Assembly: GCA_934087065.1 (NCBI GenBank) | Contig: CAKOIS010000001.1 | Location: 46,388 to 110,387 of the forward strand | Direction of reading: 5' to 3' | Length of the DNA stretch: 64,000 bases | Origin: an uncultured Bacilli bacterium | GTDB lineage: Bacteria > Bacillota_I > Bacilli_A > RF39 > UBA660 | Shown: positions 34,466 through 45,604 of the stretch, piece by piece | How positions within the stretch are numbered: position 1 is the first letter of the stretch | How the letters are laid out: each line of letters begins with the position of its first letter | Program-made: the position numbers and the translations under genes | Notes under the pieces: generated by a model | Told to the model about the DNA's origin: nothing | The model's database searches: none | What the model saw: only the letters and a program-made list of their open reading frames with translations

Positions 34466-34877
34466 GTATAGAAAACCTCACAGAATTAGTTACGAAGGCA
34501 AAAGTAAAGGTAAAAACGTATTATCATTCGGTGAATACGGCCTAGTTGCTAAAGAAGGTGCTTACATCACTGCAAGACAAATAGAAGCAGCGCGTGTAGC
34601 TATGACAAGAGAAATGAAAAAGTCTAAAAGAGGTAAAGTATTTATTAACATATTCCCTCATTTAGCAAGAACTAAAAAACCACTAGAAGTTCGTATGGGA
34701 AGTGGTAAAGGTAATGTTGAAGAATGGGTTGCTGTTGTAAAAGAAGGTAAAATCATGTTTGAAATGACTGATGTTACTGAACAGACAGCTAGAGAAGCAT
34801 TTCGTTTAGCTGGACATAAGTTACCTATTAAGACTAAATTCATAAAGAAAGAAGAGGTGCAAACTAATGAAAACTAG
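34443..34877 (+). CDS. rplP: 50S ribosomal protein L16
   Basis: [11 protein letters not shown] and RMGSGKG. Overlaps the rpsC 3' end. Confidence 0.93.
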   Translation: MLIPKRTKYRKPHRISYEGKSKGKNVLSFGEYGLVAKEGAYITARQIEAARVAMTREMKKSKRGKVFINIFPHLARTKKPLEVRMGSGKGNVEEWVAVVKEGKIMFEMTDVTEQTAREAFRLAGHKLPIKTKFIKKEEVQTNEN

Positions 34878-35061
34878 TGAAATAAGAAAAATGACTACTG
34901 AAGAAATTAACTCAAAAATAGTTGAACTTAAAGCTGAGTTATGGAATTTACGTTTCAGTGGTGCTACTGGTTCTTTAGAAAAACCTCACAAAATCAGAGA
35001 GTTACGTCATGACGTTGCAAGATTAAAAACTGTACTTAACGAACGTAAGGAAGATAAGTAG
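34867..35061 (+). CDS. rpmC: 50S ribosomal protein L29
   Basis: 64 aa with the [11 protein letters not shown] motif; operon position. Confidence 0.9.
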   Translation: MKTSEIRKMTTEEINSKIVELKAELWNLRFSGATGSLEKPHKIRELRHDVARLKTVLNERKEDK

Positions 35062-35069
35062 GAGGATTT

Positions 35070-35327
35070 ATGGAAAAGACTAAAGAAACAAAAGTTGGAA
35101 AAGTTGTAAGCACAAGCATGGACAAAACAATCGTAGTATTAACAGAAACTTACAAAAAACACCCACTATACAAAAAAAGAGTTAAATACTCTAAAAAATA
35201 TAAAGCACATGATGAAGAAAACAAAGCAAAAGTAGGAGATACTGTTAGAATAGTAGCATGTCGTCCACTTTCAAAAACAAAAAGATATGTATTAGATAGC
35301 ATTATTGAAGAAGCTATCGTACTTTAA
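35070..35327 (+). CDS. rpsQ: 30S ribosomal protein S17
   Basis: [21 protein letters not shown] and PLSKTKR motifs. Confidence 0.92.
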   Translation: MEKTKETKVGKVVSTSMDKTIVVLTETYKKHPLYKKRVKYSKKYKAHDEENKAKVGDTVRIVACRPLSKTKRYVLDSIIEEAIVL

Positions 35328-35346
35328 GAAAGGAACGTGAGTATTA

Positions 35347-35715
35347 ATGGTACAACCAGAAAGCCGTTTAAAAGTTGCTGATAACTCTGGAGCAAGAGAA
35401 ATCTTAGTTATAAGAGTACTTGGTGGCTCATTCGTAAGAAGCGGAAATATTGGAGACGTTGTAGTAGGAACTGTTAAAAAGGCAATACCTAACTCTAACG
35501 TTAAAAAGGGAAAAGTCGTAAAGGCTGTAATAGTTAGAACAGTTAAAGGCGTAGAAAGACCAGATGGTTCACACATCAAATTTGATGACAATGCTTGTGT
35601 TCTAATTAAAGATGATAAGAGTCCTGTAGGAACACGTGTTCTAGGACCGGTTGCTAGAGAACTTCGTGATAAAGATTTCATGAAAATCGTGTCTCTTGCA
35701 CCAGAAGTATTATAG
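35347..35715 (+). CDS. rplN: 50S ribosomal protein L14
   Basis: [16 protein letters not shown]; 122 aa. Confidence 0.95.
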   Translation: MVQPESRLKVADNSGAREILVIRVLGGSFVRSGNIGDVVVGTVKKAIPNSNVKKGKVVKAVIVRTVKGVERPDGSHIKFDDNACVLIKDDKSPVGTRVLGPVARELRDKDFMKIVSLAPEVL

Positions 35716-35727
35716 GAGGGGTACTAG

Positions 35728-35988
35728 ATGAAAATTAAAGTTGGAGATAAAGTAAGAGTAATTACTGGTTCAAACAAAGGTAAAGAAGGAAAAGTATCAA
35801 AGGTTTTAAGAAACGAATCTAGAGTTATTGTTGAAGGTGTAAATATTGTTAAAAAACACGTTAAACCTAACAGAACTAACGAAACAGGTGGAATTCTTGA
35901 AATTGAAGCTCCTATTCATATTTCAAATGTATTTGTTCTTTCTGAAGAAAAGAAAGAAAACAAAAAATCTAAGAAAGAATCTAAATAG
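35728..35988 (+). CDS. rplX: 50S ribosomal protein L24
   Basis: [23 protein letters not shown] motif; operon position. Confidence 0.9.
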   Translation: MKIKVGDKVRVITGSNKGKEGKVSKVLRNESRVIVEGVNIVKKHVKPNRTNETGGILEIEAPIHISNVFVLSEEKKENKKSKKESK

Positions 35989-35999
35989 GAGGAAATAAT

Positions 36000-36539
36000 A
36001 TGGAAACATTAAAGAAGAAATATAATGAAGAAATAACTCCTGCTCTTATAGAAAAATTTGGATACACTTCTAAAATGGAAGTTCCAAAACTAGAAAAAAT
36101 AGTTCTAAACATGGGTGTAGGAGATGCAACTACTGATTCTAAATACTTAGATGCTGCTGTTAAAGAATTAACTGTAATAGCTGGACAAAAACCAGTTGTA
36201 ACAAAAGCTAAAAAATCAATTGCAGGATTTAAATTAAGAGAAGGAAACAAAATTGGTTGCAAAGTTACACTTCGTGGAGAAAGAATGTATATATTCTTAG
36301 AAAAATTAATAAATATCGCACTACCTCGTGTACGTGACTTTAGAGGAATCTCAAAAGGAAGTTTTGATGGAAGAGGAAACTATACTTTAGGAATTAAAGA
36401 ACAACTTATATTCCCAGAAGTAGACTACGATCAAGTAATTAAAACTAGAGGCTTAGACATAGTTATGGTAACAACTGCTAAAACTAATGAAGAAGCTTTA
36501 GAATTACTAAGTAGTTTCGGTTTACCTTTCAAGAAATAG
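36000..36539 (+). CDS. rplE: 50S ribosomal protein L5
   Basis: KIVLNMGVG and [19 protein letters not shown]. Confidence 0.95.
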   Translation: METLKKKYNEEITPALIEKFGYTSKMEVPKLEKIVLNMGVGDATTDSKYLDAAVKELTVIAGQKPVVTKAKKSIAGFKLREGNKIGCKVTLRGERMYIFLEKLINIALPRVRDFRGISKGSFDGRGNYTLGIKEQLIFPEVDYDQVIKTRGLDIVMVTTAKTNEEALELLSSFGLPFKK

Positions 36540-36551
36540 GAGGTCTAAGTA

Positions 36552-36737
36552 ATGGCAAAAACAAGTAAAAAAGTTAGTCAAAAAAGAGGAAGCAAGTTTG
36601 AAGTAAGAAATTACACTAGATGTGAAAGATGCGGAAGACCTCACAGTGTATTAAGAAAATTTGGACTATGCCGTATTTGCTTTAGAGAACTAGCTTATAA
36701 AGGTCAAATACCTGGCGTTAAAAAGTCTAGTTGGTAA
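36552..36737 (+). CDS. rpsN: 30S ribosomal protein S14, type Z (zinc-binding)
   Basis: 61 aa with CERCGRP...CRICFRE (CxxC..CxxC). Confidence 0.93.
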   Translation: MAKTSKKVSQKRGSKFEVRNYTRCERCGRPHSVLRKFGLCRICFRELAYKGQIPGVKKSSW

Positions 36738-36753
36738 GAAGGGAGGACTTATT

Positions 36754-37146
36754 ATGAATGATTTAATATCAGATATGCTTACAAGAATGCGTAATGCGCT
36801 TGCTATGAAATATACAAGTGTAGAAGTAATTGGTTCAAAAATGACAAAAGAAATCGCTACAATATTAACAAATGAAGGATACATTGAAGGATTTGAAGTT
36901 GTAAAAGATGGTGCAGCTGAAAAATTACTAATAAACCTAAAATATGGTGCTAAAAAAGAAAGAGTTATAACAGGACTTAAAAGAATCAGTAAACCTGGCT
37001 TAAGAGTATATGTTAAAGCTAACGAAGTACCTAAAGTATTAAATGGTTTAGGAATAGCTATAGTATCTACTTCTAAAGGAGTAATGACAGATAAGGAAGC
37101 AAGAAAAGAAAACCTTGGTGGAGAAATTCTTGCATACATCTGGTAA
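36754..37146 (+). CDS. rpsH: 30S ribosomal protein S8
   Basis: DMLTRMRNA and [26 protein letters not shown]. Confidence 0.95.
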   Translation: MNDLISDMLTRMRNALAMKYTSVEVIGSKMTKEIATILTNEGYIEGFEVVKDGAAEKLLINLKYGAKKERVITGLKRISKPGLRVYVKANEVPKVLNGLGIAIVSTSKGVMTDKEARKENLGGEILAYIW

Positions 37147-37155
37147 GGAGAAATT

Positions 37156-37692
37156 ATGAGTAGAATAGGTAAAAGAGTATTAGTTATACCTGAAGGTGTA
37201 ACAGTTGAAGTTAATAATAGCGATATCAAAGTATCAGGAAAACTAGGAAGTTTAGAACTAGCAGTTAAACCTGGAATCAACGTAACAGTTGAAGATAAGA
37301 ACGTAACAGTTACAAGAGATAACGATTCTAAAGAATTAAGAAGCTTACACGGAACAACAAATGCAAACATCAAAAACATGATTGAAGGAGTAAGCACAGG
37401 ATTCAAAAAAGAATTAGAAATAAATGGTGTTGGTTACAAATTCCAAGTAGCCGGTAACACTCTAACAATAAGTGCAGGATATAGTCATCCAGTTAAAATG
37501 GAAGCTCCAAAAGGAATAACTTTAGAGAGCCCAAGTCAAACTGAATTAAACATAAGCGGTTTTGACAAACAAGCTGTTGGAGAATTTGCTGCACAAGTTC
37601 GTAAAGTACGTGGACCAGAGCCATACAAAGGTAAAGGTATTAAGTACAAAGGCGAATTTATAAGACGTAAGGAAGGAAAGAAAGCTGCATAG
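37156..37692 (+). CDS. rplF: 50S ribosomal protein L6
   Basis: MSRIGKRVLVIP, GVGYK and PEPYKGKGI. Confidence 0.95.
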   Translation: MSRIGKRVLVIPEGVTVEVNNSDIKVSGKLGSLELAVKPGINVTVEDKNVTVTRDNDSKELRSLHGTTNANIKNMIEGVSTGFKKELEINGVGYKFQVAGNTLTISAGYSHPVKMEAPKGITLESPSQTELNISGFDKQAVGEFAAQVRKVRGPEPYKGKGIKYKGEFIRRKEGKKAA

Positions 37693-37705
37693 GAGGTAAG
37701 AAAGT

Positions 37706-38059
37706 ATGATTAAGAAAGAAAGTAAAAACGTAAGTCGTTTAAAAAGACATGCTCGTATAAGAAAAAATTTATCTGGTACAAGCGCAACACCAAGATTAAA
37801 CATATTTAGAAGTAATACTAATATTTATGCACAAATCATAGATGACGAAAAAGGTGTTACTTTAGTAAGTGCCTCAAGCTTAGATATGAAACTAAATGGT
37901 TCAAACATTGAAAATGCTAAAAAAGTAGGAACTGAAATTGCTAAAAGAGCACTAGAAAAAGGAATTACAGAAGTAGTATTCGATCGTGGTGGATACCAAT
38001 ATCACGGAAAAGTTGAATCATTAGCTGATGCAGCAAGAGAAGCTGGACTTAAATTCTAA
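37706..38059 (+). CDS. rplR: 50S ribosomal protein L18
   Basis: [24 protein letters not shown] and [12 protein letters not shown]. Confidence 0.93.
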   Translation: MIKKESKNVSRLKRHARIRKNLSGTSATPRLNIFRSNTNIYAQIIDDEKGVTLVSASSLDMKLNGSNIENAKKVGTEIAKRALEKGITEVVFDRGGYQYHGKVESLADAAREAGLKF

Positions 38060-38076
38060 GGGAGGGACTATAAGAA

Positions 38077-38619
38077 ATGGATAATATTAGAGAAAAAAAT
38101 AACAAAGAAAGAACAAATAAAAGAGAATTTGTTAAGAAAAGTCCTTACGAAGAAAAAGTAATATCAATTGGACGTGTATCAAAAACAACTAAAGGTGGAC
38201 GTACAATGAGATTTACTGCAACAGTTGCTGTTGGAGACAGAAAAGGTAAAGTAGGTTTAGGAACAGGAAAAGCTAACGAAGTACCAAACGCAATTTCAAA
38301 AGCTATTAAAGCTGCTGAAAAAAATGTGATAACAGTTAACCTAGTTGAAGGTAGAACACTAAGTCATGAAGTAATTGGTAAATGCGGAGCTGCTAAAGTT
38401 TTAGTAAAACCTGCAAAAGCCGGTAGTGGAATCATTGCTGGTGGACCAGTTCGTAACGTACTTGAACTTGCTGGGGTTAAAGATATCGTATCAAAAAGCC
38501 TAGGAAGTAATACACAAATAAACACTGCAAAAGCTGCTATGGATGCATTAAAACAACAAAAAAGCATAAGCCATATCGCAAGTTTACGTGGTAAAAAAGT
38601 AGAGGAGATTATAGGATAA
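38077..38619 (+). CDS. rpsE: 30S ribosomal protein S5
   Basis: [23 protein letters not shown] and AGGPVR. Confidence 0.93.
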   Translation: MDNIREKNNKERTNKREFVKKSPYEEKVISIGRVSKTTKGGRTMRFTATVAVGDRKGKVGLGTGKANEVPNAISKAIKAAEKNVITVNLVEGRTLSHEVIGKCGAAKVLVKPAKAGSGIIAGGPVRNVLELAGVKDIVSKSLGSNTQINTAKAAMDALKQQKSISHIASLRGKKVEEIIG

Positions 38620-39062
38620 TGAAATTAAATGAATTAAAAATGAATCCTGGGTCTACTCAAAAGAGAAAAATTGTTGGTAGAGGACCAGGAAGTGGATTAG
38701 GAAAAACATCTGGTCGTGGTGAAAAAGGTCAAAAAGCTCGTTCAGGAGCAAGTATCAAGCCATGGTTTGAAGGTGGACAAAATCCATTATACAAAAGAAT
38801 TCCAAGAAGAGGATTCAATAATACAAGATTTACTATTAGATATGCTATAGTAAATGTAAGTGATCTTAACAGATTTGAAGACGGTTCAACTGTAACACCA
38901 GAAATGCTAAAAGAAGCTGGATTAGTGAAAAAAGAATTAAACGGTATCAAAATTTTAGGAAGTGGAGAACTTACTAAAAAGTTAACTGTTAAAGCCAATA
39001 TATTCACAAACGGTGCTATAAACAAAATAGAAAGTAACGGTGGAAAAGTTGAGGTGATTTAG
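38619..39062 (+). CDS. rplO: 50S ribosomal protein L15
   Basis: [34 protein letters not shown]. Its start overlaps the rpsE stop by 1 nt, which leaves no room for rpmD. Confidence 0.93.
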   Translation: MKLNELKMNPGSTQKRKIVGRGPGSGLGKTSGRGEKGQKARSGASIKPWFEGGQNPLYKRIPRRGFNNTRFTIRYAIVNVSDLNRFEDGSTVTPEMLKEAGLVKKELNGIKILGSGELTKKLTVKANIFTNGAINKIESNGGKVEVI

Positions 39063-40319
39063 ATGTTTGCAACATTTAAGCAAATATTTAAGAAAACTAA
39101 CAAAGACTTAAAAAGTAGAGTACTATATACACTTGGTGCATTATTCATTTTCGCATTAGGAAATGCAATAACTGTACCAGGTATGAGTGCTATAACAGAA
39201 AACTTGGGTTTTCTAGAATTATTAAATGCAATGAGTGGTGGAGGACTAAAACAATTTAGTATATTTGCTCTAGGTGTAATGCCATACATTACTGCTTCAA
39301 TACTACTTCAAGTACTTCAAATGGACTTAATGGGAATAACATATTTCCAAGAGTTAAAAGAAATGGGAGAAGAAGGTAGACGTAAAATTAATCAAATAAA
39401 TAGATACCTTGGTATAGGATTTGCTCTTATAGAAGGTTACATTTATTCAATTATGTTTATGGGAAAAACCGCAACTCCACTTGAATATGTAGAAATAAGT
39501 TTAATCTTAACTGCAGGTACAGCATTCTTACTATACCTAGGAGATCAAATAACTAATAAAGGTTTAGGAAACGGTATAAGCCTAATTATCATGGCTGGTA
39601 TCGTAAACACAATGCCTAGAATGATGATAGAAGCATTTAATGCACTAGCAATAAATGGCTCAAACACATTCTTAGGAATACTATCATTTGTAATATTTAT
39701 ATTACTATATATTGGAATAATAGTTGGAGTAATATACGTACAAGAAGCTGAAAGAAGAATACCTATACAATATTCAAACAGAAGTGCAGGTACTTACAAA
39801 GCAAATACATCATTCTTACCATTAAGAATAAACTCTGCTGGAGTTATGCCAGTAATATTTGCATCAGCCGTACTAGCAATACCAACTACACTAACATATA
39901 TCATAAAAAATGAAAGTTTTAAATTATTCGTTGATAAATACTTATCAACACAAACTCCTATTGGATTTGTAGTATATATCTTACTAATAATAGCATTTAC
40001 TTATGGCTATACATACTTAGCAGCAGTAAATCCAGAAGATATATCAAAAAATCTAAACAAACAAAACGGTTACATTCCAGGAATAAGACCTGGTACAGAA
40101 ACAACAAAATACGTATCAAAAGTATTATCAAGAATTACATTTATGGGAGCTATATTTATAGCAATAATCGCTGCAATTCCAATTATATTTAGTTGGATTT
40201 CAGATATGCCAAGTATAGTAACTCTAGGTGGTACAAGTATTCTAATCGTTGTAGGAGTATTACTAGAAACATATAAACAACTTGAAAGTTCAGTAGCATC
40301 TCGTGCTTATAGGAGGTAA
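39063..40319 (+). CDS. secY: Preprotein translocase subunit SecY
   Basis: 10-TM protein with FALGVMPYITASI and the GISLII plug/pore motifs; position after rplO. Confidence 0.93.
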   Translation: MFATFKQIFKKTNKDLKSRVLYTLGALFIFALGNAITVPGMSAITENLGFLELLNAMSGGGLKQFSIFALGVMPYITASILLQVLQMDLMGITYFQELKEMGEEGRRKINQINRYLGIGFALIEGYIYSIMFMGKTATPLEYVEISLILTAGTAFLLYLGDQITNKGLGNGISLIIMAGIVNTMPRMMIEAFNALAINGSNTFLGILSFVIFILLYIGIIVGVIYVQEAERRIPIQYSNRSAGTYKANTSFLPLRINSAGVMPVIFASAVLAIPTTLTYIIKNESFKLFVDKYLSTQTPIGFVVYILLIIAFTYGYTYLAAVNPEDISKNLNKQNGYIPGIRPGTETTKYVSKVLSRITFMGAIFIAIIAAIPIIFSWISDMPSIVTLGGTSILIVVGVLLETYKQLESSVASRAYRR

Positions 40320-40324
40320 TAAAA

Positions 40325-40984
40325 ATGAACATCATTTGGATTGCTCCACCTGCCGCTGGCAAGGGAACATTTAGTGGTTTATTAAAAGAAAAATATGGTT
40401 TTAACCATATAAGTGCTGGTGATGTACTTCGTGAACAAGTCTCTCTTGGTAGTGACATTGGTAAAGAAGTAGAAAGTATTATTTCTAAAGGTGAAATGGT
40501 TAACGACGATTTAATGAAACGTCTTATAGAAACTAAATTAAAAAGTCTAGACCTAAATGTTCCATTCATGATGGATGGTTACCCTAGAAAAATAAACCAA
40601 GCACACGACTATGAAGAAATACTAAGTAGTCTAAACTTAAGTGTTGATAAAGTAATATTTATTAACATTGATAAAGAGACAGGCCTTAAAAGAATACTAG
40701 GGCGTGCAACTTGTCCACAATGTAAAAAGACATATAACTTATTAACAGGGTATAACACACCTAAAAATGCAAATCTTTGTGACGATTGTAACGTAGAACT
40801 AATAACTCGTACAGATGACACAAAAGAAGCATACGAAAAAAGATATGACATTTACATGACAGAAACAGCCCCAGTAATTGAGTACTACCGTTCTTTAGGT
40901 AAACTAATTACTATAGACGGAACAAAAGAGCCTGAAGTTACACTAAGTAACTTAGAAACTCTTCTAGGAGTTAAAAATGGTTAG
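40325..40984 (+). CDS. adk: Adenylate kinase (zinc-lid type)
   Basis: P-loop APPAAGKGT (the canonical GPPGAGKGT with two Gly-to-Ala changes), DGYPR, and lid CPQC...CDDC. Confidence 0.88.
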   Translation: MNIIWIAPPAAGKGTFSGLLKEKYGFNHISAGDVLREQVSLGSDIGKEVESIISKGEMVNDDLMKRLIETKLKSLDLNVPFMMDGYPRKINQAHDYEEILSSLNLSVDKVIFINIDKETGLKRILGRATCPQCKKTYNLLTGYNTPKNANLCDDCNVELITRTDDTKEAYEKRYDIYMTETAPVIEYYRSLGKLITIDGTKEPEVTLSNLETLLGVKNG

Positions 40985-41723
40985 TACTAAAACTGAAAGT
41001 GAATTAAGTCTTATGCGTTACGCTGGAAAAGTAGCTTATGAAACATTAAACCTAATGGAGACTTTGATACATGAAGGCGTAACAACTAAGCATCTTGATA
41101 TAGAAGCAGAAAAATTTATTAGAAGCAAAAACTGCACTCCTTCTTGTCTTGGATACGAAGGATTTCCTAGTAGCATATGTGCTTCAATAAATGACGAAGT
41201 AGTTCACGGTATCCCAAGTAACAGAACTCTAAAAAATGGTGACATAATCACTATTGACCTAGTAGTAACTTATAAAGGATACATGGCAGATACTGCAAGA
41301 ACTTACAAAGTAGGGCACGTTAGTAAAGAAAAAAGTGATTTACTTAAATACACTGAAGAAGCTCTATATAAAGGCTTAAGTGTAATAAAGCCCGGAATAA
41401 TACTAAACGACGTTTGCACTGCTATAGAAAGTGTAGCAAAAGAACATAATTACGGTGTAATTCGTGAACTTACCGGTCATGGTATCGGTGAAGATATGCA
41501 CGAAGACCCAGACATACCAAACTATAGTAATAGTGAATCTAACCTAGTTCTAAAACCAGGTATGACACTAGCAATCGAGCCAATGTTTAGTTTACATAGT
41601 AGAAAAGTATGGATGCTTGAAGATGGTTGGACAATAACCACACAAGATGGTAGCCCTGCCGCACACTTTGAGCACACAATAGTAGTAACTGATAACGGTT
41701 ACGAAATACTAACAGGAGAGTGA
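40977..41723 (+). CDS. map: Type I methionine aminopeptidase
   Basis: VHGIP, DLVVTYKGYMAD, TGHGIG, EPM and HFEHT metal-ligand contexts. Confidence 0.92.
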   Translation: MVSTKTESELSLMRYAGKVAYETLNLMETLIHEGVTTKHLDIEAEKFIRSKNCTPSCLGYEGFPSSICASINDEVVHGIPSNRTLKNGDIITIDLVVTYKGYMADTARTYKVGHVSKEKSDLLKYTEEALYKGLSVIKPGIILNDVCTAIESVAKEHNYGVIRELTGHGIGEDMHEDPDIPNYSNSESNLVLKPGMTLAIEPMFSLHSRKVWMLEDGWTITTQDGSPAAHFEHTIVVTDNGYEILTGE

Positions 41724-41726
41724 AAA

Positions 41727-42069
<343 letters not shown>

Positions 42070-42078
42070 GAGGTAATT

Positions 42079-42444
42079 ATGGCACGTATTAAAAATATTG
42101 ATTTACCAAAAGACAAAAGAATAGTTGTAGGTTTAACTTATATCTACGGAATTGGTCCTTCAAGAGCAAAAAAAATCTGTGAAGTGGCTAATGTTAGCGA
42201 AGACATCAGAGTAAAAGACTTAACAAATGATCAAGTTAACGACTTAAGAAAAGCATGTGATGCTTATGTATTAGTTGGTGACTTAAAACGTGAAGTTGAA
42301 ATGAACATTAAAACAAAAATGGAAATCAACTCATATCAAGGAACTAGACACAAAAAAGGTCTTCCAGTAAGAGGACAAAGAACTAGTAGAAATGCTAGAA
42401 CTCGTAAAGGTAAAGCTAAAACAATAGCAAATAAGAAGAAATAG
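42079..42444 (+). CDS. rpsM: 30S ribosomal protein S13
   Basis: [15 protein letters not shown] and GLPVRGQRT. Confidence 0.95.
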   Translation: MARIKNIDLPKDKRIVVGLTYIYGIGPSRAKKICEVANVSEDIRVKDLTNDQVNDLRKACDAYVLVGDLKREVEMNIKTKMEINSYQGTRHKKGLPVRGQRTSRNARTRKGKAKTIANKKK

Positions 42445-42455
42445 GAGGTTAAATA

Positions 42456-42839
42456 ATGGCATATAATAGAAGAAAAAGAAAAGTCAAGAAGGATATAACT
42501 AGTGGTGTATGTCACATTCATGCTACATACAACAACACCATTGTAACAATAACTGACGAAGACGGTGGAGTAATAAGTTGGGCTTCAAGTGGTTCTATTG
42601 GATACAAAGGAAGCAAAAAGAAAACTCCATTCGCTGCAGGACAATCAGCAGAAGCTGCTGGTAAAGCTGCATATGATATGGGACTAAGAAAAGTTGCCGT
42701 ATACGTAAAAGGTATAGGTGGAGGAAGAGAAACAGCTATCCGTTCTTTAGGAACAGCTGGGCTTGAAGTAACATCAATTACAGATGTAACACCAATACCA
42801 CATAACGGTTGCAGACCACCTAAGAGAAGACGTGTTTAG
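42456..42839 (+). CDS. rpsK: 30S ribosomal protein S11
   Basis: [15 protein letters not shown] and [16 protein letters not shown]. Confidence 0.95.
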   Translation: MAYNRRKRKVKKDITSGVCHIHATYNNTIVTITDEDGGVISWASSGSIGYKGSKKKTPFAAGQSAEAAGKAAYDMGLRKVAVYVKGIGGGRETAIRSLGTAGLEVTSITDVTPIPHNGCRPPKRRRV

Positions 42840-42854
42840 GAAAGGGGAATATAT

Positions 42855-43805
42855 ATGTTAAGATTTGAAAAACCAGATTATAAAGTTGTTGAATATGACG
42901 AAACAAACTTTTATGGAAAATTCGTACTTGAACCACTAGAAAGAGGTTTTGGTACAACAATTGGAAACGCATTAAGAAGAGTAATGCTATCTAGTCTTCC
43001 AGGAAGTGCTATTAAATCAATCAAAATTGATGGAGTACTTCACGAATTCCAAAAAATAGACGGAGTTAGAGAAGACGTAACAGAAATTATTCTAAACTTA
43101 AAAAAACTAGTATTAAAAAAATTTACTGAAACAGACAAAAAGCTTTACTTAAAAGCTTCAAAAGAAGGAGTAGTAACAGCTGCTGACATCACACCTGATG
43201 CTGACGTTGAAATAATTAACAAAGACTTAGTTATTTGTGAACTATCAAAAGGTGCAAGCATAAACATGGAAATACTAGTATCTAATGGACGTGGGTATGT
43301 TGATGCAAAAATAAACAGAAAAGAAATGAAAGACTTAGAAGTTGGAGTAATTCCAGTTGACTCTTTATTTAGTCCAATTGAAAGAATCAGTTATGAAGTA
43401 GAACCAGCTCGTGTTGGTCAAAGTGAAAATTATGACAAACTAATTATGGAAGTATACACAAACGGTGCTATAACTCCACAAGAAGCAATAGCCCTAGCTA
43501 GTAGAATTCTAATCGAGCACTTTGAAATATTAACAAAACTTAACAAAATCTCAGATATGACAGGACTTCTTGCAGATAAAGAAGAAGACCCAATACAAAA
43601 AACATTAGAAACACCAATTGAAGAATTAGACCTATCTGTAAGAGCATACAACTGCCTAAAAAGAGCAGGACATCATACATTACAAGATTTAACTTCAATG
43701 AGTGAATCTGAAATGATGAAAATAAGAAACTTAGGTAAAAAATCATTAAAAGAAGTAATAGATAAAATTAAAGATATGGGACTTAAGTTCCGTGATGAAG
43801 ATTAG
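42855..43805 (+). CDS. rpoA: DNA-directed RNA polymerase subunit alpha
   Basis: GFGTTIGNALRRVMLSSLPG, and the C-terminal domain IEELDLSVRAYNCLKRAG. Confidence 0.95.
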   Translation: MLRFEKPDYKVVEYDETNFYGKFVLEPLERGFGTTIGNALRRVMLSSLPGSAIKSIKIDGVLHEFQKIDGVREDVTEIILNLKKLVLKKFTETDKKLYLKASKEGVVTAADITPDADVEIINKDLVICELSKGASINMEILVSNGRGYVDAKINRKEMKDLEVGVIPVDSLFSPIERISYEVEPARVGQSENYDKLIMEVYTNGAITPQEAIALASRILIEHFEILTKLNKISDMTGLLADKEEDPIQKTLETPIEELDLSVRAYNCLKRAGHHTLQDLTSMSESEMMKIRNLGKKSLKEVIDKIKDMGLKFRDED

Positions 43806-43814
43806 GAGGTAAAA

Positions 43815-44159
43815 ATGGCTTTATATAGAAAACTAAACAGAGATACTAAACAAAGAAGAAGTATCCTTTCTGGTTTAACAAAAACAGTTTTAACTAATGG
43901 TAAAGTTGAAACAACAGAAGAAAGAGCTAAAGAAGCAAGAAAATACGTTGATAAAATGATTACTTATGCTAAAAAAGGAGATTTAGTTTCAAGAAGAAAA
44001 GCACTTGCTTTCTTAGAAAATGATACTGAAACAGTTAAATATTTATTTGACACATTAGCTCCTAAATATGCAGAAAGAAATGGCGGATACACAAGAATTA
44101 TCAAACTAGCTGAAAGAAGAGGAGACGACGCTTTAATAGTTAGTTTAGAACTAGTTTAA
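43815..44159 (+). CDS. rplQ: 50S ribosomal protein L17
   Basis: KLNRDTKQRRSIL and YAERNGGYTRI. Confidence 0.93.
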   Translation: MALYRKLNRDTKQRRSILSGLTKTVLTNGKVETTEERAKEARKYVDKMITYAKKGDLVSRRKALAFLENDTETVKYLFDTLAPKYAERNGGYTRIIKLAERRGDDALIVSLELV

Positions 44160-44163
44160 TATT

Positions 44164-44190
44164 GAACTCTCAAGTAGAGTTCTTTTCTTT
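44164..44190 (+). terminator. Rho-independent terminator of the alpha operon
   Basis: GAACTCT-CAAGT-AGAGTTC followed by TTTTCTTTT. Confidence 0.65.
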
Positions 44191-44200
44191 TGCAAAAAAA

Positions 44201-44226
44201 TGTGGATAACTAGAAACTTATTAACA
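44201..44226 (+). repeat. 27-nt intergenic motif, copy 3 (TGTGGATAACTAGAAACTTATTAACA)
   Basis: It starts with a perfect DnaA-box complement and differs from copy 2 at 3 positions. Confidence 0.65.
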
Positions 44227-44318
44227 GCCAAACAAAAAGTAAAAACTTTATGAAAATTAAACATAAACACTTTAACAAAAGCAAAATTTGTGATAAACTT
44301 ATTACGATAGGTGATAAT

Positions 44319-45518
44319 ATGAAAGAAGAAATAAAAAAGAAAAAGAAAAAAAATAACAAAGCAACATTCAATTTACTTGAAGTAATAGTAATAATAGTAA
44401 TGACTAGTCTTATAGTAGGTGTATCAACTGGGATAGTAGTATACAACAATTACTATGAAATAGATAAAAAGAACAATAAAGGCAACACAAACTACTTAAA
44501 AGAAATAGAAGCAGCATATAACAACATATTAAATAGCTATGTAGAAAAAGTAGATGAGTCAGAACTTACTAACGCTGCCATAAAAGGCATGTATAGCTAT
44601 CTAGGAGACCCATATACTAGTTATTTAGATAAAGACTCAACAACAAACCTAATGGATCGTTTAAACGGAGAATATAAAGGAATAGGCGTTGAAATAACAA
44701 GCACAGAGGGTGGCACAATGGTAATGACCGTATTTGATGGTAGTCCTGCTTCAAAAGCAGGTATACTTGTGGGAGACATAATAACAAAAGTTGCTGACAC
44801 TGACGTACAAAATAGCACACCTAGCGTAGTATCAAGTCTTATCAAAAGAACAGAAGGTACAACAACTATAGAAGTATTAAGAGGTGGAATATACAAAACT
44901 CTTGAAATAAATGTAGAAAAGGTTAGCATTCCATCAGTATTAAGTAACAACTTTGATGGTGTAGGATATATAAAAATAACAACATTCTCAAATAACACTT
45001 ATGAACAGTTCAAAACAGCCCTTTCTAGCCTTGAAAAAGAAAATATTGATAGTTTAGTCATAGACGTCAGAAATAACGGTGGTGGCTTCTTAAATGCAGC
45101 CGTAGACATCGCAGAACTATTTATAGAAAAAGGTAAAAATATTTATGGACTTGAAAGTAAAGAAAAAACCGAATACTATAAAGACTCAACAAAAGAAAGT
45201 AGAAACTACAAAGTAGGAATACTTATGAATAGTGCTTCAGCTTCAGCTTCAGAAATACTAGCAGCCGCTTTAAAAGAAAGTTATGGTGCAACTTTACTCG
45301 GATTAACTAGTTATGGAAAAGGCACAGTTCAAGAAACGTCAGAACTTGAAACAGGTGGAATGATAAAATACACAACCGCTTACTGGTTAACACCAAATGG
45401 TAACAAAATTAACAATATTGGATTAAAACCAGACGTTGAAATCACAGGAGACTATACTGACGACATGGATTATTCAAGTGATACACAACTACTTACTGCT
45501 ATTAAAAATATGAAATAG
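44319..45518 (+). CDS. S41-family carboxy-terminal processing protease (CtpA/CtpB-like)
   Basis: ATG at 44319 preceded by AGGTGA; the track ORF starts upstream at 44250. TM anchor, PDZ (GIGVEI...GSPASKAGI..GD), and catalytic context SASASEILAAAL...GKGTVQ. Confidence 0.85.
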   Translation: MKEEIKKKKKKNNKATFNLLEVIVIIVMTSLIVGVSTGIVVYNNYYEIDKKNNKGNTNYLKEIEAAYNNILNSYVEKVDESELTNAAIKGMYSYLGDPYTSYLDKDSTTNLMDRLNGEYKGIGVEITSTEGGTMVMTVFDGSPASKAGILVGDIITKVADTDVQNSTPSVVSSLIKRTEGTTTIEVLRGGIYKTLEINVEKVSIPSVLSNNFDGVGYIKITTFSNNTYEQFKTALSSLEKENIDSLVIDVRNNGGGFLNAAVDIAELFIEKGKNIYGLESKEKTEYYKDSTKESRNYKVGILMNSASASASEILAAALKESYGATLLGLTSYGKGTVQETSELETGGMIKYTTAYWLTPNGNKINNIGLKPDVEITGDYTDDMDYSSDTQLLTAIKNMK

Positions 45519-45604
45519 CAGTTTTTCTTTACACTAAGAAAAATTAAAATTTGCATGAAGTCCCCATTATATGGTATAATATTCTCAGTGAGAGAAGGTT
45601 ACCT

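Noticed and set aside
36690-37406. A 238-aa minus-strand ORF, and similar long antisense ORFs (for example 1436..2053, 15616..16212, 29001..29522, 35292..35681, 62425..62826).
   Set aside because: Each is antisense to a confidently identified conserved gene. They have Ser/Leu/Phe/Ile-rich low-information translations typical of the antisense frame of AT-rich genes.
40325-40984. The adenylate kinase P-loop APPAAGKGT (two Gly-to-Ala changes) as evidence of a pseudo-enzyme.
   Set aside because: [AG]-x4-G-K-[ST] is still a valid Walker A. The rest of the protein (DGYPR, zinc lid, length) is intact, and the gene is in its canonical position between secY and map.
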